Below are positions 1 to 13,500 of a stretch of 64,000 nt of DNA, one piece after another; within the stretch, counting starts at the first letter, position 1, and each line of letters starts with the position of its first letter. This DNA is from Macrostomum lignano (Eukaryota). The stretch lies in NCBI GenBank assembly GCA_002269645.1, contig NIVC01001270.1:1-64000 (forward strand), written 5' to 3'. The position numbers and the translations under genes are program-made. The notes under the pieces are model-generated. The model searched no databases. It was not told where the DNA came from and worked only from the letters and a program-made list of their open reading frames with translations.

Positions 1-590
1 GAGTCTGAAGGAGGGCCTGGCAGCGAACCTGGGCGGAGCGAAGTTCGAGGACGCTATCGACCTGGTGCTCAAGACCTACAGGACCAGCCAGCACGCTCTC
101 ACCGGGCTGACTCCAGCCGAGCTGATGATCGGGCGCAAGCTGCGGTCCGGACTGCAGCTGCTCAGGCCAACTCCAGTGCAACAGCGGGACGACAGCGACC
201 TGCGAGACAGTATCGCACAGAGGCAAGCCAAGAATGCGACCTACACCAACAAGCGAAGGCGAGCTCGTGACTCTATGCTCCAGGCCGGAGACTGGGTCTG
301 GCGACAGACGCCGCACCGAGCGCACAAGCTGGCGACCCGACTGAAGGAACGCTAAAGATCGCCTCCAAACAGGGCGCAACACCTTCGTGCTGTCCGACGG
401 TACAAAGTGGCAAGCGAGTCGGCTGGTTAAGTGCAACAGCCCACCGGCTGACAAGCGCGGCCGACCAAGAGGACGACTGGTTCGATTTGCCGCTGCCGCC
501 GGCTCCGCCCCACGGACGGGCGAGCCGCCACCTCCACCTGAACTTCGAAGGTCAACTCGAGCTCGACGGAACCGGCGCGTTATCCTCTTC
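1..590 (+). mobile_element. Ty3/Gypsy LTR retrotransposon, integrase C-terminal part (degenerate, 5' part outside window)
   Basis: ORF 65-355 reads YRTSQHALTGLTPAELMIGRKLRSGL, the typical post-catalytic integrase motif (Y..TPH..TG.TPAEL..GR.LR). It is followed by a purine tract and an LTR. Confidence 0.85.
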
Positions 591-591
591 C

Positions 592-814
592 GGAAGGGGG
601 GAGAATGTAGTGACTGTGCATCAGGCCTAGGTGTTGTAACTAACTAACTTGAGGCAGAATTTTCAATTACCTTATATGCATCGTGCGTTCAATCATGGTA
701 TCGTTGTTTCGAATTGCGTAACACTGTTTTCAACGTGCACATGATATAAATATATTGAGCGAGACTCAAGTGTCTCCAACTGAATTGAATTAATCAATCA
801 ACTAGAACACAACA
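592..814 (+). mobile_element. Polypurine tract (592-605) and 3' LTR (606-814, about 209 bp)
   Basis: GGAAGGGGGGAGAA is immediately followed by TGTAGTG. The candidate end is CACAACA (808-814), giving TG...CA termini with a 6/7 inverted match. Confidence 0.75.
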
Positions 815-870
815 TACGGGAGTACACAAGTTCGGAGTACACAAGTACAGGAGTACATAAGTACGGACTG
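815..870. repeat. Short tandem repeat, about 16-bp unit x3.5
   Basis: tacgggagtacacaag / ttcggagtacacaag / tacaggagtacataag directly after the LTR. Confidence 0.7.
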
Positions 871-1213
871 CACTCAGGCCAAGGAGCACTGGTAAGAACA
901 GGATTTAACGCTTTAGTATTAGAATTTTTATTTATGAAGGCCTAATTTAGCTAAAAATTGTTAAAGAGAAAGGTTTTTTTTCCATTTTTAAGCTTGACGT
1001 TTGAGACCGTCACTATCGGTAAACCAGTTTAATAAAGTTATTTGAACCAGCATCCGACATGATTTCACAGGCTTACTGACTGTGAGGTTAAAAAGGCATT
1101 CATAACTGCACGGCAAACAAACAAAAGTGCAGCTGTCCCAAGTCCAGTAGGTGAGAACTAGGCAACTCCTGTTTCGCTAATTTCGAGCTGTCACACCTGA
1201 CTCGCGCATGCAG

Positions 1214-4200
1214 GCCGGTGCTCTTTTCGAGAAGATGCGCCGGGCTGCGAAGGACAGCATCAACCGGCTGGTCTGGATGGACAACGAGACGAAGCGTCGA
1301 GCCAAGCAGCGACTGGCCGACATGGTGGAGAAAACCGGCTACCCAGATGAGGCCTGGGATGACAGTTATTTGGACGCGGAGTTCCGCCAGGTGAGTAGCT
1401 TACTGCTCAATACATATTTAATATATATCGTCTCACAACCAGCACTTCGACAATTCTTCCCGTTCCACTGACTCCTGAAAACCTACAAGCGCGCCAATAG
1501 GGTACACACGCTCACGCAGGGTGTACGGCGGTCCTGACTGGCTTTCTAATCGTCAGCGTACATGTACAATTTCTGTGCCTTGGGGGCTGGGCCCTCATGG
1601 GCGTGAATGGCACGGCAACCCTTGTCAATTTATCGCGTCATCATACCAGGGGTCGTGGCGCGAGACCAGTCAGACGCATTTTCCACTGTGCTGCCCTGTT
1701 AAGAGTGTTGTTCCAAGCAGCAGCATCAGCAACTCCATGCAGATTTCCTGTACGTTTCAGATTGATCCGAGTACGCACAGCTACTTCAGCCTGATTGTGA
1801 GCTGCATCAACTACTGGAAGACTCGCCAGGCCCGGCTGCTCACCCAGACCTACAATCCGCTGGATTTCCAGCACTGGGGCCAGCTGTGGGAGCCTGGACT
1901 TCGTTATCTGGCCTACGACCGCGAGCTGCTGGCTCAGGCGGGCGCTCTGCAGGTGCCGCTGTTCCCGTCGGCCGGCCTGCCGCAGCTGCTGGCCTACAGC
2001 GGGGCTGCCAGCATGATGGCGCATGAAATCTTGCAGTCCTTTGACATTACAAGTGAGTGCTGCGTAGGGATGACAGCGAATCTGTCAGAGAGATGACGGT
2101 GGCTTGGTCAGAGAGATGACTTTGACTTTGACTTTGTCAGATAGATAACAATGACTTGGTTAAAGAGATGACAATGAATTGGTTAGATTGATGACTTTGA
2201 CTTTGACTTGGTCAGAGAGATGACAGTGACTTGGTCAGAGAGATGACGGTGACTTGGTCAGAGAGATGACGCTGACTTGGACAGAGAGATGACGGTGACT
2301 TGGTCAGAGAGATGACGGTGACTTGGTCAGAGAGGTGACGGTGACTTGGTCAGAGAGATGACGCGGTGACTTGGTCAGAGAGATGACGGTGACTTGGTCA
2401 GAGAGATGACGGTGACTTGGTCAGAGAGATGACGGTGACTTGGTCAGAGAAGTGACGGTGACTTGGTCAGAGAGATGACGGTGACTTGGTCAGAGAGATG
2501 ACGGTGACTTGGTCAGAGAGATGACGGTGACTTGGTCAGAGAGGTGACGGTGACTTGGTCAGAGAGGTGACGGTGACTTGAGGTGACGGTGACTTGGTCA
2601 GAGAGGTGACGGTGACTTGGTCAGAGAGGTGACGGTGACTTGGTCAGAGAAGTGACGGTGACTTGGTCAGAGAGATGACGGTGACTTGGTCAGAGAGATG
2701 ACAGTGACTTGGTCAGAGAGATGACAGTGACTTGGTCAGAGAGATGACGCGGTGACTTGGTCAGAGAGATGACAGTGACTTGGTCAGAGAGATGACGGTG
2801 ACTTGGTCAGAGAGATGACGGTGACTTGGTCAGAGAGATGACGGTGACTTGGTCAGAGAAGTGACGGTGACTTGGTCAGAGAGGTGACGGTGACTTGGTC
2901 AGAGAGGTGACGGTGACTTGGTCAGAGAAGTGACGGTGACTTGGTCAGAGAGATGACGGTGACTTGGTCAGAGAGATGACGCGGTGACTTGGTCAGAGAG
3001 ATGACAGTGACTTGGTCAGAGAGATGACGCGGTGACTTGGTCAGAGAGATGACAGTGACTTGGTCAGAGAGATGACAGTGACTTGGTCAGAGAGATGACT
3101 TTGACTTGGTCAGAGAGATGACAGTGACTTGGTCAGAGAGATGACTTTGACTTGGTCAGAGAGATGACAGTGACTTGGTCAGAGAGGTGACGTTGACTTG
3201 ATCAGAGAGATGACAGTGACTTGGTCAGAGAGATGACTTTGACTTGGTCAGAGAGATGACAGTGACTTGGTCAGAGAGGTGACGTTGACTTGATCAGAGA
3301 GATGACAGTGACTTGGTCAGAGAGATGACAGTGACTTGGTCAGAAAGGTAACGGTGACTTGGTCAGAGAGGTGACGGTGACTTGGTCAGAGAAGTGACGG
3401 TGACTTGGTCAGAGAAGTGACGGTGACTTGGTCAGAGAGATGATTTTGACTTGGTCAGAGAGATGACGGTGACTAGGTCAGAGAGATGACAGTGACTTGG
3501 TCAGAGAGATGACAGTGACTTGATCAGAGAGATGACAGTGAATTTGTCGGAGAGAAGACAGCTCCGTCGTGAAAACAAGCGTATGAGTCCAGACTGGAAT
3601 TATTTGGCTCAAATTTTTGATAACTTTTTTTTCCTGCAGGTCACGCATACGAAGCGCAGAGGACCAGCGGTTGGTGGTCAGACGCCACAATTTCCGAATA
3701 TCGCAAGCGAACGGCATGCATCATGGACTTGTTTAAGGCAAGACAATTTATAATGGTTTTAAACAAAGACTTGCCAACTTTACAGCCTTCAGCTGCTCTC
3801 TCCATCCCTTATCAGAGCGAGCGCAATCAGCATCAGAGGCTGCTACTGAGCAACTGGACAGCCAGGGAGATGGCCGCGGTCAGCTCAGCTCGAGCTCAGT
3901 TTGACGCCCACCGGCTGCAAGGCGGACGGCCGGACAAGCGGCTGCCGCTGCTGCACCTCACCGAGGACCAGATGTTCTACGTGTTCTATATGCAGGTAAC
4001 TCTAAGCAGTACTCTTATGACGAGTCGACACAAATCTAATTGATACTGTTTAGGAGTTACTCTGCTGTTGAACTTTGAATAAAATTCAGTTAAAGCAGGT
4101 CAACAATCCCCTGATCCCCGAGCACGCACGCGCGCACGGGTACGTACGCAGGCGCGCACTCACACACTCGATCACACAGGGTGTACAGCGGCCCTTGACT

Positions 4201-5797
4201 TTCTAATCGTATGGCATGTACACTCTGTGTCCATGATGTTAATGTTTAATTATTGCAGAATCGGTACCTGGTTCGATAGTCACATAGACACGGTACCGCG
4301 ATTTTAGTATTATAAATTTTTTTTCTTTGTTAGAGGCAGGGGGCTGTGCGCATCCTGGTGCACTTTAAGCGACATTGTCACACAACCGGCGAGATTCATA
4401 ACTGCTCATTCCGCCGACTTCCCGGCCTGAGAAGGCACACAGGCGCGCGGATACGTACGCAGTCATACGCACAGGCACACACTCACACAGGAGTGTACAG
4501 CGGCCCTAACTTTATTTATCGTTAGGCATGTACACTTCACTGTGTCTTGGGGAATGGACCTCTAGGGCGTTAATTGCACGAGCAGAGCCAAGCCGAGATT
4601 CCAATCTATAGCCCCAGAATTAATGCGACTGCACTTGGAATCGAGCTTGGGCCGCTAGAACATCAGAGCGCCGCGCTTGACTATGGGGCTACGGCATAAA
4701 AGCTGGATGCATGCACAAAATCTTAATCAACCCGTGATTTTAATGTTCGTCGCCGTGATTTCAGAAGTTCTGCCACAAGCGCGGCGCCAGCGGTCTGGCG
4801 GTGCGCCGCGCCAGCAGAGGCGCCGATTGGCGACGAGGCCTCGGCGGCAAATTTCACGACTCTGACGGCTTTAAACATTCGGATGGCGATGATGCTCTTC
4901 TGATTCTGAGCCGGGCTCTGTGAGTTCCTCGGGCAGGGAAATCTTTGAAGAAGTTCATTTTTTGTGTTCCTGAGGTGTTAAAAGTTAGGCAAACTATTTT
5001 CAATCATTTTATTGCCAAACTTTCTTCAGCTCAACTTCATCTAAAAGGGGAGAAGAGTATTTTAGTGATGACGTGTCTGTCTGGTTAGAGTTCGGAATTG
5101 AGTGAAGATGCTGTTGTAAACTTTGTGCGAATGTGTGGTTGAGTCCTCATCCGTATGATTGCTTGCCTTAATTTGAGGCAGCTAAAGGCCCCTGTGAACT
5201 AACTTCACCTATGAGCATAAGCTACGCTCGTACATGTATAAATCTGCTAAACAGAGAAATAAGAACAAACCAAACTTGCTGAGTACTTGGTCAACGCAAT
5301 GCAACCTCGAGGCAAGTACCGCCCATTAACTTTTTAAGTTTTCCAAGTGCATTCAATAAGTACTTTCCTTTAGTACTTACGATGTTTTCTCGAGTCACTT
5401 CTCAAGTACTTTCGAAGTACTTGGATGTAGAGACAGGGCGTGCAGTACTTTGTAAGCTTTGCAAGTCAATTGAAGTTGGACAAGAACATTGCATACTTTC
5501 TAAGTTCATGACAATGATACTTTGCAAACTTGATAAGTCAACAATGTCATCCAAGTACATGGTTGACTTGGGAAGTTTCAGCATGTTTTTTTCCCGGGAA
5601 AGGCACTTCGCAACAACAGAAATTTATAATAAACTGCAACCCATATACTCGTAATTAGTCAACATGTATGACGAATATGTTCCAATGTTCCAATTATTTC
5701 AATCTGCAGGGCCAACACAGTTCTGTCCAACGCTCCGGGTTTTGCCAAAGCGTTCGGCTGCCCAGCGGGCAACGTGCACAGCTGCAGTCTCTACTGA
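1214..5797 (+). CDS. Neprilysin/ECE-like M13 family protein, 3' exons; probably catalytically inactive
   Basis: Exons 1214-1390, 1761-2052, 3640-3737, 3816-3995, 4765-4919 and 5710-5797 join in frame (990 nt) with phase-compatible splice sites; intron 3738-3815 is GC-AG. M13 motifs: WMDNETK..A...L..M....GYPD, AGALQVPLF, HEILQSFD, WWS...EY..R.AC, LP.L.LT.DQMF, N.VLSN.PGFAKAFGCP. The 5' exons lie upstream of the window. Confidence 0.85.
1500..4605 (+). repeat. Three dispersed copies of a ~100-bp intronic repeat (about 1500-1620, 4150-4235, 4475-4605), SINE/MITE-like
   Basis: Shared core cacacag(g)gtgtac(a/g)gcgg(t/c)cc...ttt(c)taatcgt...catgtaca...tgtg(t/c)c(t/c) in three introns of the M13 gene. 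Confidence 0.6.
2090..3545. repeat. Intronic minisatellite, 23-bp unit, about 60 copies
   Basis: Unit TGGTCAGAGAGATGACGGTGACT with minor variants. Confidence 0.95.
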
Positions 5798-7509
5798 TGT
5801 GTGCTTTTAGTTCTGTACGATCTGGTTTTGTACTAAAAAACTGAATAACTGTTATAACTTTGATGCCTTGAAAATTGATATCTACATACAGCTATCGGTG
5901 GGTTACCGTAAATAAATATTACAGGCTCTTAACGCCCCAGAGAGCTTAAAATTGGAGCTCAAGAACTGCAGAACGAAAAGTTTTGAAACATAACTCAATG
6001 CTTCATCTTCACATTATTTGTTTTTTTCACTTTTAATAGGAAAGTATGAATGCAGAAAAGCCAATAGTGTGATGAGGGACTAATTAAATATAGTTGAAAA
6101 AATCGTGTCCGTTTTAGTGCATAAAACATGTATATTTTTGTCTGGATAAATATTTAATATTGATTAGCTATAGCTACGGGATAAATACGCAAAAAGTGGA
6201 TAAAAGACCGCCACACGTACATGCCTATAATATTGAACGAATAACAAAGATTAAACAAAATTATCCATGTGATATAGCCTGTAGGGTCGTCGCATAAAAG
6301 GGGATATCAACTTTACGTAAACCCATGTCAGTCCTTAGTCGGTGTCCGAGGGAGTAATTTGAATAGCTAATTACTGTAGTTAGGACTTCATGCCAACACT
6401 AAGCTCTAGCTAGAATGTTAACAACCGCCGAAGTTGCATTAAAAATTTGAAGAAATGTGAAGACACCAAGACCCAAGTGAAGAACCGTGGGGTCTGTCTG
6501 TCGTCGACTGGTCTGACAAAGTATCGGATTTGTAAAAAGAATCCCGGGCTCACAGACGAATTATTTATTTCCTAATTTTCCAATTTTGACAAAGCTGAAT
6601 GTGTCTAATTGCCTTCGGGAAAATTTGTGCGACTTTCTCAAGCTATTCACTCGCCGATAGCATAGTTTAGGCGTTTAGCACTGATAAAGTGTAATAAAAA
6701 ATGATTAATGGAGACTTATTGAATAAGCTACTAAATAATAGTGTGTTAAGGTCATTGTTAAGCACAGCTTAAAAAGGGGGAAAGTTTGAATAGTAGGAGA
6801 ACAAAAATCCCAAAAAAGTTATATAGATACGAGCTAGCTAGATTGTTTTGAACACAGTTGACGAACACAGTCAAGAATCAGAAATATTTCGAGGATTTCA
6901 GCAAAAGGACGTAGAACCAAAAGTTGATAAAGACGAGGAAAAGCGCAAAATATTGTTGTTTTTCAAGTTTAAAATTTGCTCGGAATCATACGCTCGTAAT
7001 AGAATACCTGCTAAATAGCATAATGAAAAACATAGAAAATTAAAGCGAGAAGAACAACACGCTACAAAAAGGAAACTTCTGCAAATACCGAATCAGTTAA
7101 AATCTACAGTGCAGTTCAAACTGACTCCGCGAATTGCAGTGCGAGCAAAAGCGACAAAAATTGGAATCATACAGTTTCAAAATTTCCGGTCTTTTTACGT
7201 AATTTAAAAGGATAAAAACTTTATACCAATAAACAGAGCGTAGAAAAACAAAATTAAAACTGCAAGAGTTTTCATTTTTTGTCCGAAATATTTCGAAAAT
7301 ATTCAGTCTGTCTATGAGATTGATAATTAGGAAAATTATCTTAATAGCAGCAGGACCTATATTGTAACCTATAACTGTGCTATTTTGTCGCTGTAAGCTA
7401 TTATTGTTTCAAGTTTCGGACAAATAAATTTTGAACAGAAAATTTGTCAAACGTCAATGCAACTCGTCACCGAGAAGCAGATGTCTTATCGATGATCTTT
7501 CATATATAG

Positions 7510-10500
7510 TTAGCCCTTGTACAGTTTGTCCAGACTTTCGATTGCTTGGGTTTTGGTAACGCCGTAGTCAGGAATATCACAGACTTTCCAGTTGTAGTAA
7601 TTCTCAAGTTCCTCCTTGAAAGTGACGAGTAACCATTTCCAATAGTCGCAGTTATCCATTGCTGGATCCGGCAGGACATTCCAATCAAGGAATATTTTAT
7701 GAAAATCCGAGTAGTTGTGGTATTTTCTGTCTTTATCTTGTTTCGCATAAGGTTCGCATCTTCCAGTTTTCTTACATGTGGAGTAACACCAAATCCTCTG
7801 TTTTCGGCGACATAATAGCCGCATGTTCCTAATGACACGCCGGTCTGTTTGCCATCGGTTGTTTCTACAATACTTCCACGCACACCATGAATCCTGTGTT
7901 GCATGCAGCAATGCTTATTACATGAACCACATCCGGTCATATTTGTGCATGGCTCATTGCAGAGCGGGCACTGCTCAGGACAGCCCCACAGCTTTTCACA
8001 GGCGCACAAATGGGGACTCATCTGACCCCAGTCAAACTCTTCTAGTGGGACGTCCAGCTGCGTTTCAATTTGCTCAGTTAAGTCATTGATCTTCGTCTTT
8101 AACACCCGGATAAAACCCGACAGCTTTGCGACAGAAAGTTGGCTGATTTGCTCAAAGTCGTCGGGTGTTATCCCGAGAGTTCTCTGTCCTTCACAGAATA
8201 CATGCACCAACGTACCCAGGCTGCAGCCAGTCACCGCGTTCTGTGCATTCGTTGAATCAACACTGTCTGCAGCGTCGCGGATATCTTTCTCAACGTTTCC
8301 GATCAAGACACCAGCATAGTCTTTAATGAGATTCCGCAGTCGTGTGCGCTTCGTTTCATCATCCTTTTTAAGCAAATAATACTTCATCTTGGCTTCCAGC
8401 CAACTTCCGCAAACTGTTTGCTGTTGTGTAGGTAGGCTTGAAATTCTCGAAATGGTTCTCTGTCTGCTAAGTCCCTTAAAATCGCTTTAATGAGCCCAAG
8501 CTTCATGCCTGAAAACTGGGATTCTATGTCGAGTGTAACACGGTTTGCTACCAACTGACGCACCTGCACGATCGCAGCTTGTTTTATGCTGCTGGCAATA
8601 AAGTTGGCAGCCATAACTTCTTCACTCTCTTTTTTGTACAGACTCTTAAAGACAGTAAAAGCGGTCTCTTTGAAAGACTCGAGCTGAGCTTTCAGTCCAT
8701 GCCGTGCATCGAACTCACCCTGCCTTTTTCTGAGAATCTTCTCAGCAGAGCGGCCTGCGTGTACAGAAAGCTTTATGGCGAGGTTTGGCTTTAGCGACAC
8801 TTTTGGTTTTTTACCTTCGGTGTCACTGGAGTTGAACATGGAGACGTGATCGCGGATACTGCTGACGATTTGAGTCAGCGCTAATCTCAAATTACTTTCG
8901 GCTCCAAGGTCTTTGACTGATCAAGCACTTCATCAGCTTCCTTCAGAATTTCATTGCATTCAGAGTGTACATAGCCCTCTGCAGTCTCAAAGCCAAATGA
9001 CTTTTTAATCTCTTTCCAAACCTTATTCCAACCAGTAACATGTGAAAAGTCATTTTTTTCAACACGCATAAGCGGAAATGAGCCTGAAATTCGCTGCCCA
9101 GCAAATGGCACAGCATGTCTAGCGTCCCATTCCTTGTTAAGCAGTGCCCTTTGATCAAAAAATTCGCTGTCAAGAACGGATTTCAAGATATTCTCTCCAT
9201 CCCATACATCAGTTTTTTCCAGCCGCACTTCACTCATAAATCTGTTCCACATCTCCTTGAACTCTACCTCCAGCTGTTGGTCGCTCATCTCCTTTCCTTG
9301 CTTTTCATTGGCCAGTATTTTTGCTCTCTTCAGAATTTCTTCTCGATAGTTTCCCATATCATTCTGATTGAGCAGCTTCACGCGTTGTATCTCCTTGGAC
9401 CGCATGAGACTGCTATGGGTTTCGCTTATTGCTCTGTCCGCAGCATCTCTAAGGGCATTTTCCCTTTCCTGCTGCCACTTCTTACAGATCTCCTTCTTCC
9501 GATGGCTACAGATGAACTCGGTCATTTCCTTTGACACCGTTTGAGCAACTCCAAAGATATGAGTCCTCATTTTATTTTCTGCATCTCTAAAATTATTCTC
9601 GAGTTTTTCACTTGAGCTGCTTCCAGAAATCAGTGTGATGTTGCTACACAACCAATCTGATGCAGCTTTCTCAATCATCATCTTCAACTCCGCAAACTTT
9701 TGCTCCACATCTCGGTACGCCTGGAGCTCAATTGTATTCTGAAAGCTGAATACGAAGTCTTCCTTCAGCACCGCGTTCCACAGATCTTTTATGCGCTGCG
9801 AGAGTTCGCTAAAGGAGAGGGTGCTGTCAGAGAGACATTGTAAAACTTCAACAACCCTCCTTTTCACTTTAATTACATCCTTGCAATAGTCAGGGCTAAC
9901 GGGGGCCATTGGCGGCTTGCCCTCCCACAGATGAGGCAGGAAAAATATATTACTATCTGCAAACTCGATCACATCTGTGAACTGGGTTACCTCAAGCTGC
10001 TGTTCCTCTTTTGCTACATCCCTAGTGCTTTGATCCAGTTGTGTCAACAGCTTTTCCTTGGCAACTTGAGTCTCTTCAGCTGCATTGACAGCAGCCACAT
10101 TTTGATGAACGAAAATGCAGGATTTCTTCTTGATAATGTCTCCAAATGCAGCTTTCATTCTAAGGAAAGCATGTACGACCACCTGTAAAATGTCCCTTGT
10201 GTCATTGAGTCCTTCTCCGTACATGTTCATGATGGTGACATCTGCCAATCCAATAATCATGGTTGCCAACTCATTATCGTGAGTCATTGAGCCTTCTGCG
10301 ATCTCTGACGACCTCAAACCTTCAGAGTCGATGACGGCAATGTAATCTGCTTTCAGCTGGGACTTCTGCTTGTCATTCGGCACCAGCTGAAGAAAAGCTC
10401 CTTTCGTACAGCGGCCCGCGCTCACTGCAAGCTGCAACCCAAAAAGAGAATTCAGCAGAGTTGATTTTCCTGAGCTCTGCAGTCCCACCACTGCCAATAC

Positions 10501-13500
10501 CAGTAGTGATTTTGTGCCAACCTTTTTCTCTACGGCTTCGAGCACAGCTGACACCCAGTCGACAGGACATGCAGACGCATTCCCATCCATCACTTCGAGA
10601 GGTTCACCTTTCAACAGGAGATCTGCTGCGAAACTCGTCAACATGCTTTTGTAGTCGCTTTCTGCTGACGCAACTTGCGAGCGGCAACAGTGATGAATAG
10701 CTTCGTACGTCTGCCCGATCTCCCGAAACACCTGCTCTAATCCAAATGCGGAATCTTCCATCTTTTTTTCCAATTTTACAAGCTCATCATTGCTGGACTT
10801 TAAATTCGAACTCATATTCTGAGCCTCTCTATTCCGTACAAGAGCTTGCTGATAATTAGATGTGAGCCGCGGCAGCTTCCTACGGCACAGACTGTCAAGA
10901 CTGAGCTTCATCCTCTGCATGAAGATCTCTCTGCACGAATCATCAGTTGCTTTACTTGCATACATCATGAATTGAAAAAGAAAGCTGTTGGCTTCCCCAT
11001 GCTCCTTTAAAAAAAGAAATTGGCGCTTTCTCTCCTTCCGAATTTCGTCTCTCTCAGCTTCAACCCATTTGGCCCTCTTATTTGAATCCATTCGTTTGTT
11101 GTCTCTGTACAGGTTTTTGTTCCTTTTTGCTATCGTCTGCCACATGCTGCCACTGAGAGGCAAATTCTTGTTCCTGCTGACAGCCAGATCCTCCTTCTCA
11201 TCGATAAACTGCATTACAGTCTGAGCAGCCTTCACCGCTTGCTGTACTACTGGTTGCTTTTCGTCAACTTGCCATCTCAGAAAGTCACCCATGGATGAGA
11301 TTTCATCAAGTGATAGTTTCATTTTAAGATCGAGTTTCGAAAGGACTTTCTTCATCTCACATGCAATGCTCTTGGGCGACATTTGATCCTTCTTGCTCCA
11401 GCAGGTGATGCCATGAAAGAGGCCTCCCATCGCATCTAATTCCTTCTTGGCCTTCTTCATGCACTGTGGCACTTTCTCCGAAGTGCGTACCAAAACGATA
11501 CTTCTCTTTCGTTCCATGATTCGGTACAGTGCAGTCAGAACCGAATCTGTTTCTGTGTCACTCTCAGGAAGCATTACAACAACACATGCAGACAGACGTG
11601 ACAGCAACTTGAGCTGCTCTTGATGCAGCAGACCGTCTCCTCGTAGATTCAGAACGCAGGTGACTTGCTGCAGACCCAGAGACTCGTTCTGCGGATCAGG
11701 AACTGCCCATGCCAGCTCTATCGATCCATCACTAATTGTTCTGCTGGGTGAGTTAGAGTTGAACTCAGGAAAAAGCTCATGCTTGTCACTAATGCACTTG
11801 TTGATGAGACTGGACTTTGAGAATTGAGAGTTTCCAAGTCTCACAAAGGAAATGATGGGAAATTTGTCCACGTCAGACGAAATCCGTAAAACTTTGCCCC
11901 TTGCTGCGGATCAGGGTGCACAAAACAGCAGCTGCGTAGTGACCAAACTCGGAGTTTGAGGGAACCGGCGCAGGCCGATGCGATAGGAAAGGCATGCTTG
12001 CAGTCATTCAGCTTCTCAGCCAGGAGTTGCTGCAGCCGCATGTTGCAGCTCAGAAGACAAGCCAGTAATACATCTGAGTAGTGCAGTTTTTTTGCCTCTT
12101 CTTCTTTTTCTTCTTCTTCTTTTGCTTCGTGTGCCATGTCCTCCTCATCGTCTTCGTCATCCCAGAAGCTTTGAGAAACCGCCTTCTTACCTTCCGATGG
12201 GCTTATGTTACAAGCTTCAACGATTTCAAAGCCGGACTTGTAGTCCGCCTGAATGATTGACTTTAAAATCTTCTGAGGTAGCCGTGTGGCATCAGAGGCA
12301 GCAGAATACATCTCATCACCCACTTTCATGACATCAATAAGGCCGATTTTTGAAGGAAAATATTCTGCCAACCCAAGCCGCTGTATAAGAGCCATCTCAT
12401 CCTTGTCTAATTGTTGTTTATAGCTATTTGTCACAACCACTTCAGAAGTATTTGATCGAGCGTCTCGCAGTTCACTGACCATATTTTCTGGAAGCTGCAA
12501 TGGCTGTCCATTATCGCTGAAATTACTCAACAGATGCGTCACCACTTCATTCAGTTCCTTCCAGGCCCTGCTGCTGTTGTCTGCAATATCTGTCAGTTTT
12601 TCATTTAGAGGTGCAGCCCACTGTATGCCGCTTTGTTGAAATAGCAAGATCCAGTCAGCCACATGAAAGCAACAGCCATCGTCAAATCTTGCGTCCATCG
12701 CTGTGTGCAACAGTCGTGCCTGCACAAACTCTGGCTCGGAGCTTTCCTTTATAACAGAAAGTTGTTGCGCGCTTTCTTTCAAACTCTGCGCCAGATGCTG
12801 AAGACTTTCTGGATTTTTAAGGTTCTCAAAAATGTCGTTTTGTAGCGAATAGGAGTTGCGAGCAAGAGCGGTGCAGGTTAAAAAGTGCTTTTCTGCATCA
12901 CCAGACTCCTTCAGTCGCCTTAGTAGATGCTGCACCGCTGTATTCAGATCGACGAAAACCAGCTGCAGCACTTTGCGCTGCTTCTCACTGTCTCCTTCGT
13001 GCTGCACATTAAAAGCCTGAAGATCTGGCAGCACAGTTTGCTCCACTGCCTCTGCCAGCTTCAGCGGGCAGTCAAGTCCCATGTCGGTGAGCTTGCTGTA
13101 ATTTTCATCCTGTTCACAAGCCAGCTGGAAATAGAGCCGGCCTTTCATAGGAAAGCTGCAGCTGCCACTCATTTGGAGTAAGTAAGAAATGTGCGATTTG
13201 ATTGGCTTAATTGCATCTCTTATTGTAGGCAAAGCTTGAACGACAGCTAGCATGATAGTATGAAAATGAGGGTTCCGTGTCCAGCTTACGCCCCTTTTCT
13301 CTTCATCTGTTAGCTGCTCAACTGCTTCTACTCTCTCGCACAATGTCTGCAGCTGCAGATGCCAATTCTCTTCTGATAAATTTTCCTTTTCCACTCGCTG
13401 TGCGAATTCATCAATGCGCTGCTGTACGCAGCTGACTGCCTGTCTGTAAGAATCACTGCTCTCAGCAGGCGCCTTTTGTCCTGTGCGCTCCTCCCAGGAT

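Noticed and set aside
2090-3545. CRISPR-like appearance of this and the other arrays
   Set aside because: The units are directly adjacent with no unique spacers, there are no cas genes, and the context is a eukaryotic intron.
5200-7450. AGTACT-rich stretch and AT-rich spacer between the M13 and VLIG 3' ends
   Set aside because: No termini, periodicity or coding signal that I could support.
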